NCBI GenBank assembly: GCA_031411295.1
Contig: JANOAV010000215.1
Location: 1-64,000 of the forward strand
Direction: 5' to 3'
Length of the DNA: 64,000 bases
Origin: Verrucomicrobiales bacterium
Lineage (GTDB): Bacteria; Verrucomicrobiota; Verrucomicrobiia; Verrucomicrobiales; V1-33
Part shown: positions 30,612 to 39,839 of the stretch, piece by piece
Numbering within the stretch: position 1 is the stretch's first letter
Layout: every line of letters begins with the position of its first letter
Notes under the pieces: generated by a model
What the model was told of the DNA's origin: nothing
The model's database searches: none
The model's input: only the letters and a program-made list of their open reading frames with translations
Translations under genes and position numbers: made by a program

Positions 30612-30989
30612 TTAACGCAGCACCAAGCCATTGGCGGTCACACGGGTATTCTGGGAATTTTCCGTCGGCACCGAGAATACGGGCAGGCCGTCCCGATTGG
30701 CAACATTTTCTGGGTGAAAATCAACCTTCGCCTGCTTGCACCGTTCAAGTAAGTCCCCCGTGATCAGCCCTTGTGCCTTCATGCCGGTCATGGTGGAAGG
30801 AACGACATCCAACTTGGAATCAGACATGCGGGCCAGATTTTGCGCTGTGGCTCGCAGATCCTCAATCAACACTGCTTGGTCCAGCTTGGAATCTCCGGTC
30901 ATCCATTGGACTGCAAGGTAAAAGGCCAACAGCATGGCTCCGATTCGCACATAGCCTGATTTTGATAGTGGTCCGAGATATTTATTCAT
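30612..30989 (-). CDS. Hypothetical membrane-anchored protein
   Basis: MNKYL start after AT-rich region; single TM. Confidence 0.55.
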   Translation of the reverse strand: MNKYLGPLSKSGYVRIGAMLLAFYLAVQWMTGDSKLDQAVLIEDLRATAQNLARMSDSKLDVVPSTMTGMKAQGLITGDLLERCKQAKVDFHPENVANRDGLPVFSVPTENSQNTRVTANGLVLR

Positions 30990-31196
30990 AAAAGTGAAGG
31001 TAGGGTTAATTCCCACGATGAATATTGTGGAAATTATAATAAATGCAACAAAAATCGCGAAAATATTCAATAAAAGTGAACTAACTGAAAGTGAAAGCGC
31101 CCTCAAAGAGGGAATCCGGCAAGAGAGTCGGTTGCAAAAACCCGTTTTCTCCCAAAGTTGTAGCGCTGTCCCGCTATTTCCCGAAATCTTCCCTGC

Positions 31197-32060
31197 ATGG
31201 CTCAAGCCCAACTCAAAATTTTCGCTGCTGTCGTCGCCCTGACCATCCTTGCTGGAACGGTGGTGGGGGCTTTTTTCGTCTGGGAAAAGATCTTCAAGCC
31301 CCAAGCCCAGACCAAACGGGAACTGCGGGAGGTGCTGACGAGCACCACCGGGAAATCAGATCCTGGCAAAGCCGTGTTTGACGAAGCCATGGACCTGACC
31401 CGCAGCAATAACCTCGAAGGGGCCAAGGAAAAGCTGTTGCAGGTGATAAAAATTTACCGTGACTCTGAGAAGTTCTTCGACGCCCGTCGAGTGCTGGGAG
31501 AAATGAACGTGGATCGACTCTTCAGCCGGAGTCCGATGCCTGGGAAACTGGAATTTACGGTGAGCAAGGGGGATGTCGGGCTGGATCCCATCGCCAATAA
31601 GAATCGGACGACGATTCCGTTTGTGCGGCGGATTAATAATCTTTCCACATCGGTCATCCACCCCGGAGACCGACTGATTCTCTACCCGCTGGATTTCGAA
31701 ATTCAAGTGCGGCCGAACAAGCATCTGCTGACGCTCTACTACCGAGGAGAGTTCTTCAAAGACTACCCTATCTTGGAGATTAAACTGGCTCCCGGGGCTA
31801 AATTGCCCGCCACCAGCGTCATTGCCTCAAAGCAGGCCTTCATCGGGGATAAATCCGTGCGGGACTCGGATGCCCGTTACCCCATGGCGCGCAAGTGGTT
31901 ACAGACGACTTCCGTGCCCGGGCGCCCGGGCGTAATCTTCTGCCCCCCACCAAAGAAAAAGGGTGACGACTCGCCCAATGGCATTTATTTGGGTGAATCC
32001 GAACTTGAGGAATTGTGCACCATCATCCGTCTCAAGACTCCGGTTAAATTTCTCAAATGA
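31197..32060 (+). CDS. Membrane-anchored LysM plus degenerate YkuD (L,D-transpeptidase-like) protein
   Basis: TM; LysM (VSKGD..IA..INNL..IHPGDRL); YkuD-like FFKDYPI and ELEEL..TPV. Confidence 0.75.
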   Translation: MAQAQLKIFAAVVALTILAGTVVGAFFVWEKIFKPQAQTKRELREVLTSTTGKSDPGKAVFDEAMDLTRSNNLEGAKEKLLQVIKIYRDSEKFFDARRVLGEMNVDRLFSRSPMPGKLEFTVSKGDVGLDPIANKNRTTIPFVRRINNLSTSVIHPGDRLILYPLDFEIQVRPNKHLLTLYYRGEFFKDYPILEIKLAPGAKLPATSVIASKQAFIGDKSVRDSDARYPMARKWLQTTSVPGRPGVIFCPPPKKKGDDSPNGIYLGESELEELCTIIRLKTPVKFLK

Positions 32061-32112
32061 GCTGTTGGCCAACTTTGGTTGACTACTCCACCGAACCCTT
32101 TCCCCGTTTACT

Positions 32113-33087
32113 ATGAAGTTGCCACCGTTGGAATTCGAAAAGCCCATCCTCGAACTGCAAAACCAACTCGAAGAGTTGGAGCGCGTTTCCACCACTCAGG
32201 AGATCGATGTCTCCAAAGAGGTGGCCGCGATTCAGGAAAAGTTGCATTTGACCCAGAACCAAATTTACAAAAATCTCTCCGCTTGGCAGCGCGTGCAGAT
32301 CGCGCGTCATACCTCGCGACCCTACACCCTGGATTATGTGCGGCTGTGCTGTAGCGAATTCATCGAACTCCATGGCGATCGTCACATTGGCGATGACCAT
32401 GCCATGCCTTGTGGACTGGCCACGCTGGGTGGAATCAAATGTGTGCTGATCGGGCAGCAAAAGGGCCGGGATACCAAGGAGAACATTCTGCGTAATTTTG
32501 GCTGCGCCCATCCGGAAGGTTACCGCAAGGCCATGCGACTCATGCGCTTGGCGGAACGCAGCCGGCTACCCATTGTGACCCTGATCGACACCCCGGGAGC
32601 CTATCCAGGCATTCAGTCCGAAGAGAGAAATATCGCGGAAGCCATTGCTTACAATTTGCGGGAAATGATGACTCTAACCGTGCCCATCGTGGCCGTAGTC
32701 ATTGGTGAAGGTGGCTCTGGAGGCGCGCTGGGGATTGGCATTGCCAACTCCGTGCTGATGCTGGAGAACGCCTACTACAGTGTCATTTCCCCTGAAGGAT
32801 GTGCCGCCATTCTCTGGAAACATCGCCAGCACGCCCCGGAAGCGGCCGAAGCCCTGAAGCTCACGGCCAAGAGTTTGCTCGAATTCGAAATCGTGGACGA
32901 GGTGATTCCAGAGCCGATCGGCGGAGCGCACTATAATCCAGAAGAAACCGCTGCCAGCCTGCAGGCAGCAGTGGTGAAGCACCTCCAAGAACTCAGCAAG
33001 CTCACGCCGGCGGAACTTACCGAACAGCGCTATCAGAAATTCCGGAAGTATGGGGCCTTCGCGTCCCAAGCGGTGGCGCAGGACTAG
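32113..33087 (+). CDS. accA: Acetyl-CoA carboxylase carboxyltransferase alpha subunit
   Basis: LEFEKPI, ELHGDR, PEGYRKA, IDTPGAYPG, GEGGSGGA, SVISPEGCA. Confidence 0.98.
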   Translation: MKLPPLEFEKPILELQNQLEELERVSTTQEIDVSKEVAAIQEKLHLTQNQIYKNLSAWQRVQIARHTSRPYTLDYVRLCCSEFIELHGDRHIGDDHAMPCGLATLGGIKCVLIGQQKGRDTKENILRNFGCAHPEGYRKAMRLMRLAERSRLPIVTLIDTPGAYPGIQSEERNIAEAIAYNLREMMTLTVPIVAVVIGEGGSGGALGIGIANSVLMLENAYYSVISPEGCAAILWKHRQHAPEAAEALKLTAKSLLEFEIVDEVIPEPIGGAHYNPEETAASLQAAVVKHLQELSKLTPAELTEQRYQKFRKYGAFASQAVAQD

Positions 33088-33128
33088 GGCGTGCTTGATA
33101 ACATTGAGGCTGGCACCCGGTGTCAGGC

Positions 33129-33246
33129 GCGCCCTCGCTCCGAGGAACTGTAGGGGGAGCGCCCTCGCTCCCCATCGTAAAAAGAGCGCCCTCGCTCCCA
33201 GGCACGGGCGTCCCCGAAACGATCATTGCGAGCGAAGGGCGCTCCC
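33129..33246. repeat. Cluster of REP-like palindromic repeats
   Basis: Three direct copies of GCGCCCTCGCTCC (33129, 33159, 33186) and one inverted variant GAGCGAAGGGCGCTCCC (33230-33246). Confidence 0.8.
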
Positions 33247-33361
33247 GCTAAGCAGTTGTGGTTCGAAAAATTCCCAAGCATCCCGAAAGTTTTGCGCAAT
33301 CGGCTCCCGGTTTGCACCCAACTTGGAATTAGCCCGCAAGCAGCCCCCGCAATCTCTCCTC

Positions 33362-33751
33362 TTAACGCTTCCAGGAACGGTTCCGCTTAGGCCGGGCTAG
33401 GCACGCATAATACACCCACACCATGAAGAGGATCTGGAAGGGGAGACGCGCCCACAGCACCCACGGTGCCAGGTCCATGCCCGGCCAGCCATGCATGGCC
33501 ACCTGAATGTTAGCGGGAAATATGGCCACGAGCAGCGCCATCAATCCCCATCCAGCAGGGCGACGGAACCGCGGTAACAAAACTCCGAGACCACCGAGCA
33601 CTTCCGCCGCACCACTGATATAATTTAACGCCTCAGGAAACGGCAACGCAGGTGGCATCATCGCCAGATAGGGTTGGGGACTCACGAAGTGATTCACCCC
33701 CGCTGCGATGAAGAAGATGCCAAGCAAAAAGATGGAAAGGGGGGAGCGCAT
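33362..33751 (-). CDS. DoxX-like membrane protein
   Basis: AGVNHF..P..Y..MMP, SGAAEV, FPANI, RLPFQ. Confidence 0.88.
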   Translation of the reverse strand: MRSPLSIFLLGIFFIAAGVNHFVSPQPYLAMMPPALPFPEALNYISGAAEVLGGLGVLLPRFRRPAGWGLMALLVAIFPANIQVAMHGWPGMDLAPWVLWARLPFQILFMVWVYYACLARPKRNRSWKR

Positions 33752-33915
33752 GGTTGCCATTACGGCGTTTGCATCCTAAAGTCCAGCACAACCGTGGCGC
33801 AAATTCCCAGCATGAGGATGGACGAATCATCACGCCATGCTTGAATCCTTCAGCTCCATCGGGTATCAATGCAGCTTGCTGTTCACCCAAGTCTGTCTCA
33901 CTGACCTCCATTCTC

Positions 33916-34362
33916 ATGACTGATCCCATTCCCTCCACCCGCATTGCGGTCCCAGAATACGCCATGGCCTTGGCGCACGTTGCCAGTCTGCGCTCGGAAG
34001 ACCCCTTCCGCAAAGTGGGTGCCGTGGCCATCGATCATGCCAATCGTGTCATCGGCACGGCCTACAATGGGCTGGCTCCGGGCTTCCAAGCCCCTCCGGG
34101 CTTCTGGGATGACCGGGAAACCCGCCAAAAATATATGCTCCACGCCGAGGTAAATTTGTGCAGCCTGTTTACCCGCGGGTCCGTCAAGTTGGTGGCCGTG
34201 ACCACCAAACCCTGCACGGCTTGCATGCAGATGCTTTGTGCTTATAACATCCAGGAAATCTATTACCGAGACGATTATGACCGCTCCGAGGCTGACGCCA
34301 TCGCCAAGCTTTACGGGGTCAGGTTGATGCAGGTCACTGATTATCCGCACGTGGTGCGGTAG
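33916..34362 (+). CDS. dCMP deaminase family protein
   Basis: RSEDP..KVGA, YNG, HAE, PCTAC. Confidence 0.92.
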   Translation: MTDPIPSTRIAVPEYAMALAHVASLRSEDPFRKVGAVAIDHANRVIGTAYNGLAPGFQAPPGFWDDRETRQKYMLHAEVNLCSLFTRGSVKLVAVTTKPCTACMQMLCAYNIQEIYYRDDYDRSEADAIAKLYGVRLMQVTDYPHVVR

Positions 34363-34376
34363 CCGTTGGTTGCTTC

Positions 34377-34748
34377 TCAGAAGCTCGCAAGGATCTCTTG
34401 GCGCATGGATTCCTTGCTGCCCGCATGAAGTCGAGCCGTTTCCTTCCCGTCCTCCAGCACCATCAAGGCAGGAATGGAGCGAATGCCATACTCCTGACCC
34501 AGGGTCGGCTCGTCATCGACATTGATCATCAGGAAACGAACTTTCCCGGCCAAATCCTTCGCCAATGCCTCCACTTGTGGCTTGGCGACCCGGCAGCCAC
34601 CACACCACGGAGCCCCGAAATAGACCACCACCTTCCCCTGCTTCATCGTCGCCACCGTGGCAGGCGCATTCGGCCCGGAATTTTGGTTCCAAGTGTAGAG
34701 CCCGTAGTTCATGGCAGCAATGATCGCGATTATGCCTAAAGATTTCAT
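34377..34748 (-). CDS. Thioredoxin family protein with N-terminal anchor
   Basis: FGAPWCGGC, INVD, YGIRSIP. Confidence 0.9.
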   Translation of the reverse strand: MKSLGIIAIIAAMNYGLYTWNQNSGPNAPATVATMKQGKVVVYFGAPWCGGCRVAKPQVEALAKDLAGKVRFLMINVDDEPTLGQEYGIRSIPALMVLEDGKETARLHAGSKESMRQEILASF

Positions 34749-34895
34749 TATGGTAATTATAACACCCAAACCAATTAAAGTCAAATTAGGCAGGGTGCCT
34801 ACGCCCTTGAGGGGGCATGGAACTTGATAAGGCTGCGGTTTTGCGTCACGGTGGCACCAGGCCTGATGCCGTCCCGTTTACCATCGCCCAAGCTC

Positions 34896-36239
34896 ATGAT
34901 CCTTACCAAAAAGCATTTACCCCGCCGGACCTTTCTTAGAGGAATGGGCGCGACGTTGGCATTACCGCTGCTGGATGCGATGATCCCTGTGGCCACGGCC
35001 ATGGCCGCCACGGCTGGGCGGCCAGTGAAGCGGTTGGGCTTTGTCTTCATGCCCATGGGTTGCGATCTCAGCCGCTGGACTCCTGCGGGAGGGGATCGGC
35101 TGGGCGAGCTGTCGCCTATTTTGCAATCGCTGGCCCCCGTGAAAGATCAGATTTCCGTGCTCTCGAATCTGGAGCTGGCTCCGGCGTATCCTGGCACCCA
35201 CGCCACCTCAAATGCGGCCTTCCTGAGCGCAGCCCGTGCCAAGCGCACCGAGAGTGCGGATTATTTCCTGGGCACCACGGTGGATCAGATCGCAGCGCGC
35301 CAACTCGGTGCCGCCACCCAACTGCCATCGCTGGAAATGTCGATGGATCTGATGCAAACCGTGGGCCAGTGCGATAACGGTTATGCCTGCGTCTATCAGA
35401 ATAATCTTTCTTGGGCGTCGCCCACCACCCCGCTGCCAGCAGAGGCGCATCCGAGACTGATTTTCGAAACTCTCTTTGGTGACGGCGGCACGCAGGCAGA
35501 GCGTCAGGCCGCGCTGCGGAAACGTGCTAGTCTGCTCGATTTTGTAAACGACGACCTTTCCCGTTTGCAGCGCAATCTGGGGACGGCTGATCGCGCCAAA
35601 GTCGATGATTACTTGGATGCCGTGCGCGAAGTGGAGCGGCGGATTCAGCAAGCCGAAGCGGATACCAAGGATCATGCGCTACCAGATTTGGATCGGCCGG
35701 CAGGGGTTCCGGCGGCCTATGCGGACCACGCCAAGCTGATGTTTGAATTGCAAATTCTAGCCTTCCAGGGCGATATCACACGCGTCACCACGTTCCAACT
35801 GGCGCGGGAAACGAGCAATCGCACTTACCCGGAGATTGGTGTTAGTGATCCTCACCACCCACTCTCCCATCATGGCAATGATCCCGGCAAAATCGAGAAG
35901 CTGTCCAAGATCAACGCGTTCCACGTTTCGCTCTTTGCGGATTTCCTGCAGAAGATGAAAGCGACGGCGGATGGCGACGGCACGCTGCTCGACAATTCAC
36001 TCTTCCTTTACGGCAGCGGCATGGGAAATCCCAATGCGCACGACCATCACAATCTTCCCGTCATCGTGGCCGGAGGAGCCGCTGGGGGAATGAAGGGCGG
36101 GCGGCACCTTCGTTTCGCTAAGCCGACGCCACTCGCCAATGTGCACCTGACCTTGCTCGACAAGGCCGGGGTCAAACTGGATCAATTTGGCGATAGCACC
36201 GGCAAGATTGTCCAACTGGGAGAGCCGTTGGGAATATGA
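34896..36239 (+). CDS. DUF1552 (HXXSHH) domain protein
   Basis: RRTFLRG leader, TVDQIAA, HHPLSHH, GSGMGNPNAHDH. Confidence 0.92.
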   Translation: MILTKKHLPRRTFLRGMGATLALPLLDAMIPVATAMAATAGRPVKRLGFVFMPMGCDLSRWTPAGGDRLGELSPILQSLAPVKDQISVLSNLELAPAYPGTHATSNAAFLSAARAKRTESADYFLGTTVDQIAARQLGAATQLPSLEMSMDLMQTVGQCDNGYACVYQNNLSWASPTTPLPAEAHPRLIFETLFGDGGTQAERQAALRKRASLLDFVNDDLSRLQRNLGTADRAKVDDYLDAVREVERRIQQAEADTKDHALPDLDRPAGVPAAYADHAKLMFELQILAFQGDITRVTTFQLARETSNRTYPEIGVSDPHHPLSHHGNDPGKIEKLSKINAFHVSLFADFLQKMKATADGDGTLLDNSLFLYGSGMGNPNAHDHHNLPVIVAGGAAGGMKGGRHLRFAKPTPLANVHLTLLDKAGVKLDQFGDSTGKIVQLGEPLGI

Positions 36240-38437
36240 AGGGAGTCATCGCAGCAGCACTTGGCCTGCTCCTTTGTGCGCCAGCGCTGGTAGCAGGAGG
36301 CAATGACAGCACGACTCCATTGCTCACCGCAGTAGCCGCAGATGATAACGCAACCGTCCAGCGATTGCTAACCGCTGGAGCTGCTGCCTCTGAAGGGAAT
36401 CGCTATGGAGTCACGCCGCTGGCGCAAGCTTGTCAGAATGGAAACGCGGAAGCCGTCACCCTCCTGCTGAAGGCTGGAGCGGATGTGAAAGCAGTTCAGC
36501 CCGGTGGGGAAACCGCGTTGCTACTGGCGGCCCGCACCGGGCAAGTCGGTTGCGTGGCAGCCTTGCTGGACCACGGTGCCGAAATCAACGCCACCGAGCG
36601 TCACGGGCAGACGGCGTTGATGTGGGCGGCCTCTCAAGGTAATACCGAGGTGGTGGATTTATTGCTAGCCAAAGGGGCGGATTTCCGAGTTCGGCTGAAA
36701 TCTGGTTTCAATGCCCTGATGTTTGCCGTGCGTGAAGGTCAGAGTGCCGTGGTGAAATTGCTCCTGAAAGCTGGAGCGGATGTCAATGAACCCGCCAAGG
36801 TGGAAAAGTCCAAAGGCAAGGACCTGCGCGACGGCACCTCTGCGCTGATGCTGGCAGTGGAGAATGCTCATTACGCCCTGGCCTTGGATCTGGTGGCAGC
36901 AGGTGCTGATCCCAATGATGAGCGCTCCGGATTCACGCCGCTGCACGCCGTGACCTGGGCTCGACGCACCGCCCGGGGCGATGGCGATGACGGCAATCCT
37001 CCGCCTGCGGGATCGGGAAACGTCGGCTGTTTGGAGTTTGTCAGGGAAATGGTGAAACGTGGCGCCAAGGTGAATGCCCGCCTGACCAAGGGCTCGGGGG
37101 GCGGCGGACAGCTGAATCAAAAAGGGGCCACCCCCTTTCTGCTGGCAGCACAAAATGTGGATCTGGCGTTGTTGAAAACGCTATTGGAACTCGGTGCCGA
37201 TCCAAAGATCACCAACGCAGATCATTGCCCGCCGCTCCTGGCCGCAGCAGGGGTGGGCGTGACCGCACCGGGCGAAGAACCCGGCACCGAAGCGGAAGCG
37301 CTGGCAACCCTAACATGGCTGCTGGACCATGGGGCCGATATCAATGCGGTGGATGATCGTGGCGAGACGGTGATGCACGCAGCGGCCTACAAAATTACCC
37401 CCTCACTAGTCACGCTGCTTGATGCCAGAGGCGCGGACATTACGATTTGGAATCGCAAGAACAAGTCTGGCTGGACTCCCTTGCTGATTGCGCAGGGGCA
37501 TCGGCAGGGGAATTTTCGCCCCATCGCTGAAATGGAAGCCGTCATTGCCAAAGTCATGCGCGCCCACGGAATCGAGCCACCACCGGCCCCAAAGCGTAAG
37601 GAAGACAGCTTGAACGCGACCTCCGCTGAACCTATCAGCCGTGGGATCGAATTCGCCAAGGTGGATGAAACCAGTCTCCTGCTAGACTTCTATCGATCCA
37701 CTGAATCCTCGAGCAAACATCCGCTGATCATCTGGGTGCACGGCGGTGCATGGCGCGCAGGCGACCGCAAGGACATGCCGCTCACTGCTCTGACTGCGAA
37801 AGGATACTGCATCGCGAGCATCGATTATCGGCTCACCACCAAGGCTCCCTTTCCCGCCAACATCCACGACATCAAAGCCGCCATTCGTTTCCTCCGCGCC
37901 CATGCCGAGGAGTATGCCATTGATCCAAGCCGCATTGCGCTAGCCGGTTCCACTGCGGGAGGGCATCTTGCGTTGCTGGCTGCGCTGACCACGGGCAACG
38001 AAGCACTCGAAGGCACGGTGGGAAAAAATGACAAAATTTCCAGCCAAGTGCAAGCCGTCGTGAGTTTCTACGGAGCCTCCGACCTCACCACCATCCTCTC
38101 CCAATCCACTCCGCACGGCCTCAGCGTTCGCGTGCCAGCCTTGGAATTGCTCTTCGGCGGCCCTGCCGAAACCAAGCCAGAGCTGGCCCGCCTCGCCAGT
38201 CCGGTCTTTCACTTGGACCCCAAGGATCCACCCATCCTGTTATTCCATGGAGACAAAGATAACCAGATGCCGCACGCTCAATCCGTCGGCCTCCACGCAG
38301 CCTGCCAGGCCGCTGGTATCGCCTGCGAGTTCCACTCGGTGCCCGGTGGCGAGCATGGTGGCGCTGCGTTCTTTGGGGCTGGGATGTTGGATGAAGTGGA
38401 TCGATTTCTGACGAGCAGGCTCAAATCAACGCATTAA
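36236..38437 (+). CDS. Ankyrin-repeat protein fused to alpha/beta-hydrolase domain
   Basis: Many G.T.L..A ankyrin repeats, then HGGAW, DYRL, GSTAGG, HGDKD, GGEHGG. Confidence 0.88.
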   Translation: MKGVIAAALGLLLCAPALVAGGNDSTTPLLTAVAADDNATVQRLLTAGAAASEGNRYGVTPLAQACQNGNAEAVTLLLKAGADVKAVQPGGETALLLAARTGQVGCVAALLDHGAEINATERHGQTALMWAASQGNTEVVDLLLAKGADFRVRLKSGFNALMFAVREGQSAVVKLLLKAGADVNEPAKVEKSKGKDLRDGTSALMLAVENAHYALALDLVAAGADPNDERSGFTPLHAVTWARRTARGDGDDGNPPPAGSGNVGCLEFVREMVKRGAKVNARLTKGSGGGGQLNQKGATPFLLAAQNVDLALLKTLLELGADPKITNADHCPPLLAAAGVGVTAPGEEPGTEAEALATLTWLLDHGADINAVDDRGETVMHAAAYKITPSLVTLLDARGADITIWNRKNKSGWTPLLIAQGHRQGNFRPIAEMEAVIAKVMRAHGIEPPPAPKRKEDSLNATSAEPISRGIEFAKVDETSLLLDFYRSTESSSKHPLIIWVHGGAWRAGDRKDMPLTALTAKGYCIASIDYRLTTKAPFPANIHDIKAAIRFLRAHAEEYAIDPSRIALAGSTAGGHLALLAALTTGNEALEGTVGKNDKISSQVQAVVSFYGASDLTTILSQSTPHGLSVRVPALELLFGGPAETKPELARLASPVFHLDPKDPPILLFHGDKDNQMPHAQSVGLHAACQAAGIACEFHSVPGGEHGGAAFFGAGMLDEVDRFLTSRLKSTH

Positions 38438-38442
38438 CTCAC

Positions 38443-39318
38443 ATGCCTAACACTTGCTTTCGTCTCCAGATAATCACGACGCTAATGATCCTCACGGCCC
38501 ATCTGGGAGCACACTCGGATCCTCCGGGCTACGTCCATCCTTGTGTCTGCGTGGAAAACGGGGAGTTCGTGATTTACACCCATCGTAATTCTGGAACCCT
38601 GGGCAAGTTGCTATGGCGTCGCACCTGCTACTCTGTTTCCGGCTCCTTAATCAGTTCTGCGGACGAAATACCAGCACCCAAAAACGCGGTCGTTCAGCGT
38701 TGTCAGCCATTACCCAGTGGAGAGAAACTCACCCTAACTCAGCAATATAATGTTCAGGGCAGACTTAATCCAAACCCCGGGTTTCATTTCGATCGTTTGG
38801 AAGCGGGGCAATGGTTTCACAAGCGGTTGCCGCTGGAGGCTGAGGACGCAGTAAGCCTGGAGGCAGCACTGATAACGGACGGCGGGCTTGGTTTGGCATG
38901 GGGCACTCCCAGCTCTGCGGTGGACAAACATTGGTCCATGGAATTGCAATTTGCCTGGATCAAACGACCGGGATATGAAATTCTGAAGCAGATGAATTTC
39001 GGCCCGAGTGCGGCAATTTACAATTTCGTGCGCGTTTCCAATTTGGTGAGATCTAGTAACGACGTTTGGCTTGCCTATGTTGCTGAACCAAACCCTTCGG
39101 ATGAGAATTCGGATTACAAAACGGTCTTGGCAAGCTTCGATTCGAGCACAGGTAGAATTCAGCAAAAGGAACTGAAACCGCAAAGTAACTGGAACACTAG
39201 TTTAAGCCTGAATGTGTGCGAAGGTTGGCTCTGCGTGGCATGGCACTGTGAGTCCGCTGGCACTAATGGAATCGAGAATTTGATGGTCCACTTCGAGCCA
39301 TTACTCACGTCCAAATAG
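38443..39318 (+). CDS. Hypothetical secreted beta-rich protein
   Basis: Signal peptide; 291-aa ORF, visibly more AT-rich than neighbours. Confidence 0.65.
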   Translation: MPNTCFRLQIITTLMILTAHLGAHSDPPGYVHPCVCVENGEFVIYTHRNSGTLGKLLWRRTCYSVSGSLISSADEIPAPKNAVVQRCQPLPSGEKLTLTQQYNVQGRLNPNPGFHFDRLEAGQWFHKRLPLEAEDAVSLEAALITDGGLGLAWGTPSSAVDKHWSMELQFAWIKRPGYEILKQMNFGPSAAIYNFVRVSNLVRSSNDVWLAYVAEPNPSDENSDYKTVLASFDSSTGRIQQKELKPQSNWNTSLSLNVCEGWLCVAWHCESAGTNGIENLMVHFEPLLTSK

Positions 39319-39336
39319 TCGCCATCCGAAAAATAC

Positions 39337-39372
39337 CAAGGCCCCGCTCAGCCCGAGCTGAACGGAGTCTTG
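39337..39372. terminator. Possible bidirectional terminator hairpin
   Basis: Imperfect inverted repeat CAAGGCCCCGCTCAGC / GCTGAACGGAGTCTTG between convergent genes. Confidence 0.45.
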
Positions 39373-39408
39373 TCTTAAGGGCACCAAGCCCAGCCGAAAA
39401 GCCTGACG

Positions 39409-39615
39409 CTAATCGTGTCCGTTGCAATGATAGGTGCGTCCATCGCAGTGCCAGTCGTGGCAGTGGTGATGACAATGGTGGCCACAGAAGCGCTCCTGGA
39501 CGTGGGAGATGACGCTGGGATCGACCGGCTTGGCCGAGGCCTCACTGGTGAGGGAAAGGCCAACAAGACCTGTCAGGACGGCCAAGGATAGGATGATAGC
39601 GAATCGTTTTTTCAT
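39409..39615 (-). CDS. Small secreted His/Cys-rich peptide (68 aa)
   Basis: Signal peptide ending ASA; tail CGHHCHHHCHDWHCDGRTYHCNGHD. Confidence 0.75.
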   Translation of the reverse strand: MKKRFAIILSLAVLTGLVGLSLTSEASAKPVDPSVISHVQERFCGHHCHHHCHDWHCDGRTYHCNGHD

Positions 39616-39619
39616 GGTG

Positions 39620-39648
39620 TTTGATTTGGTTTGATTTGGTTTGATTTG
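39620..39648. repeat. 10-bp tandem repeat in the peptide gene leader
   Basis: TTTGATTTGG about 3 copies (CCAAATCAAA on coding strand), ending 4 nt before the ATG. Confidence 0.8.
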
Positions 39649-39839
39649 CTGGCGTAAGCCGCTCATTTCGACCAAGCAGGGAAAATCTTTATTCATGCTT
39701 AATTGGACTTTTTCTTCATTCACCCTGGATCGGATCTGACATTTTCGCTGCCATCAACTGCCGCGGCGGGCTTCTACGCTCTCCTCCTTCTGTGTTGCAG
39801 GAACCAACACCCTCGTTATGGTCCAGCCGTAGCAACTGC

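Noticed and set aside
30990..31304. Long N-terminal extension of ORF 30612-31304
   Set aside because: Runs through an AT-rich promoter-like region and overlaps the divergent LysM gene; apparent hydrophobicity reflects T-rich sequence
33129..33246. Possible CRISPR array
   Set aside because: Repeats are only 13-18 nt, spacers too short, one copy inverted, no cas genes in the window
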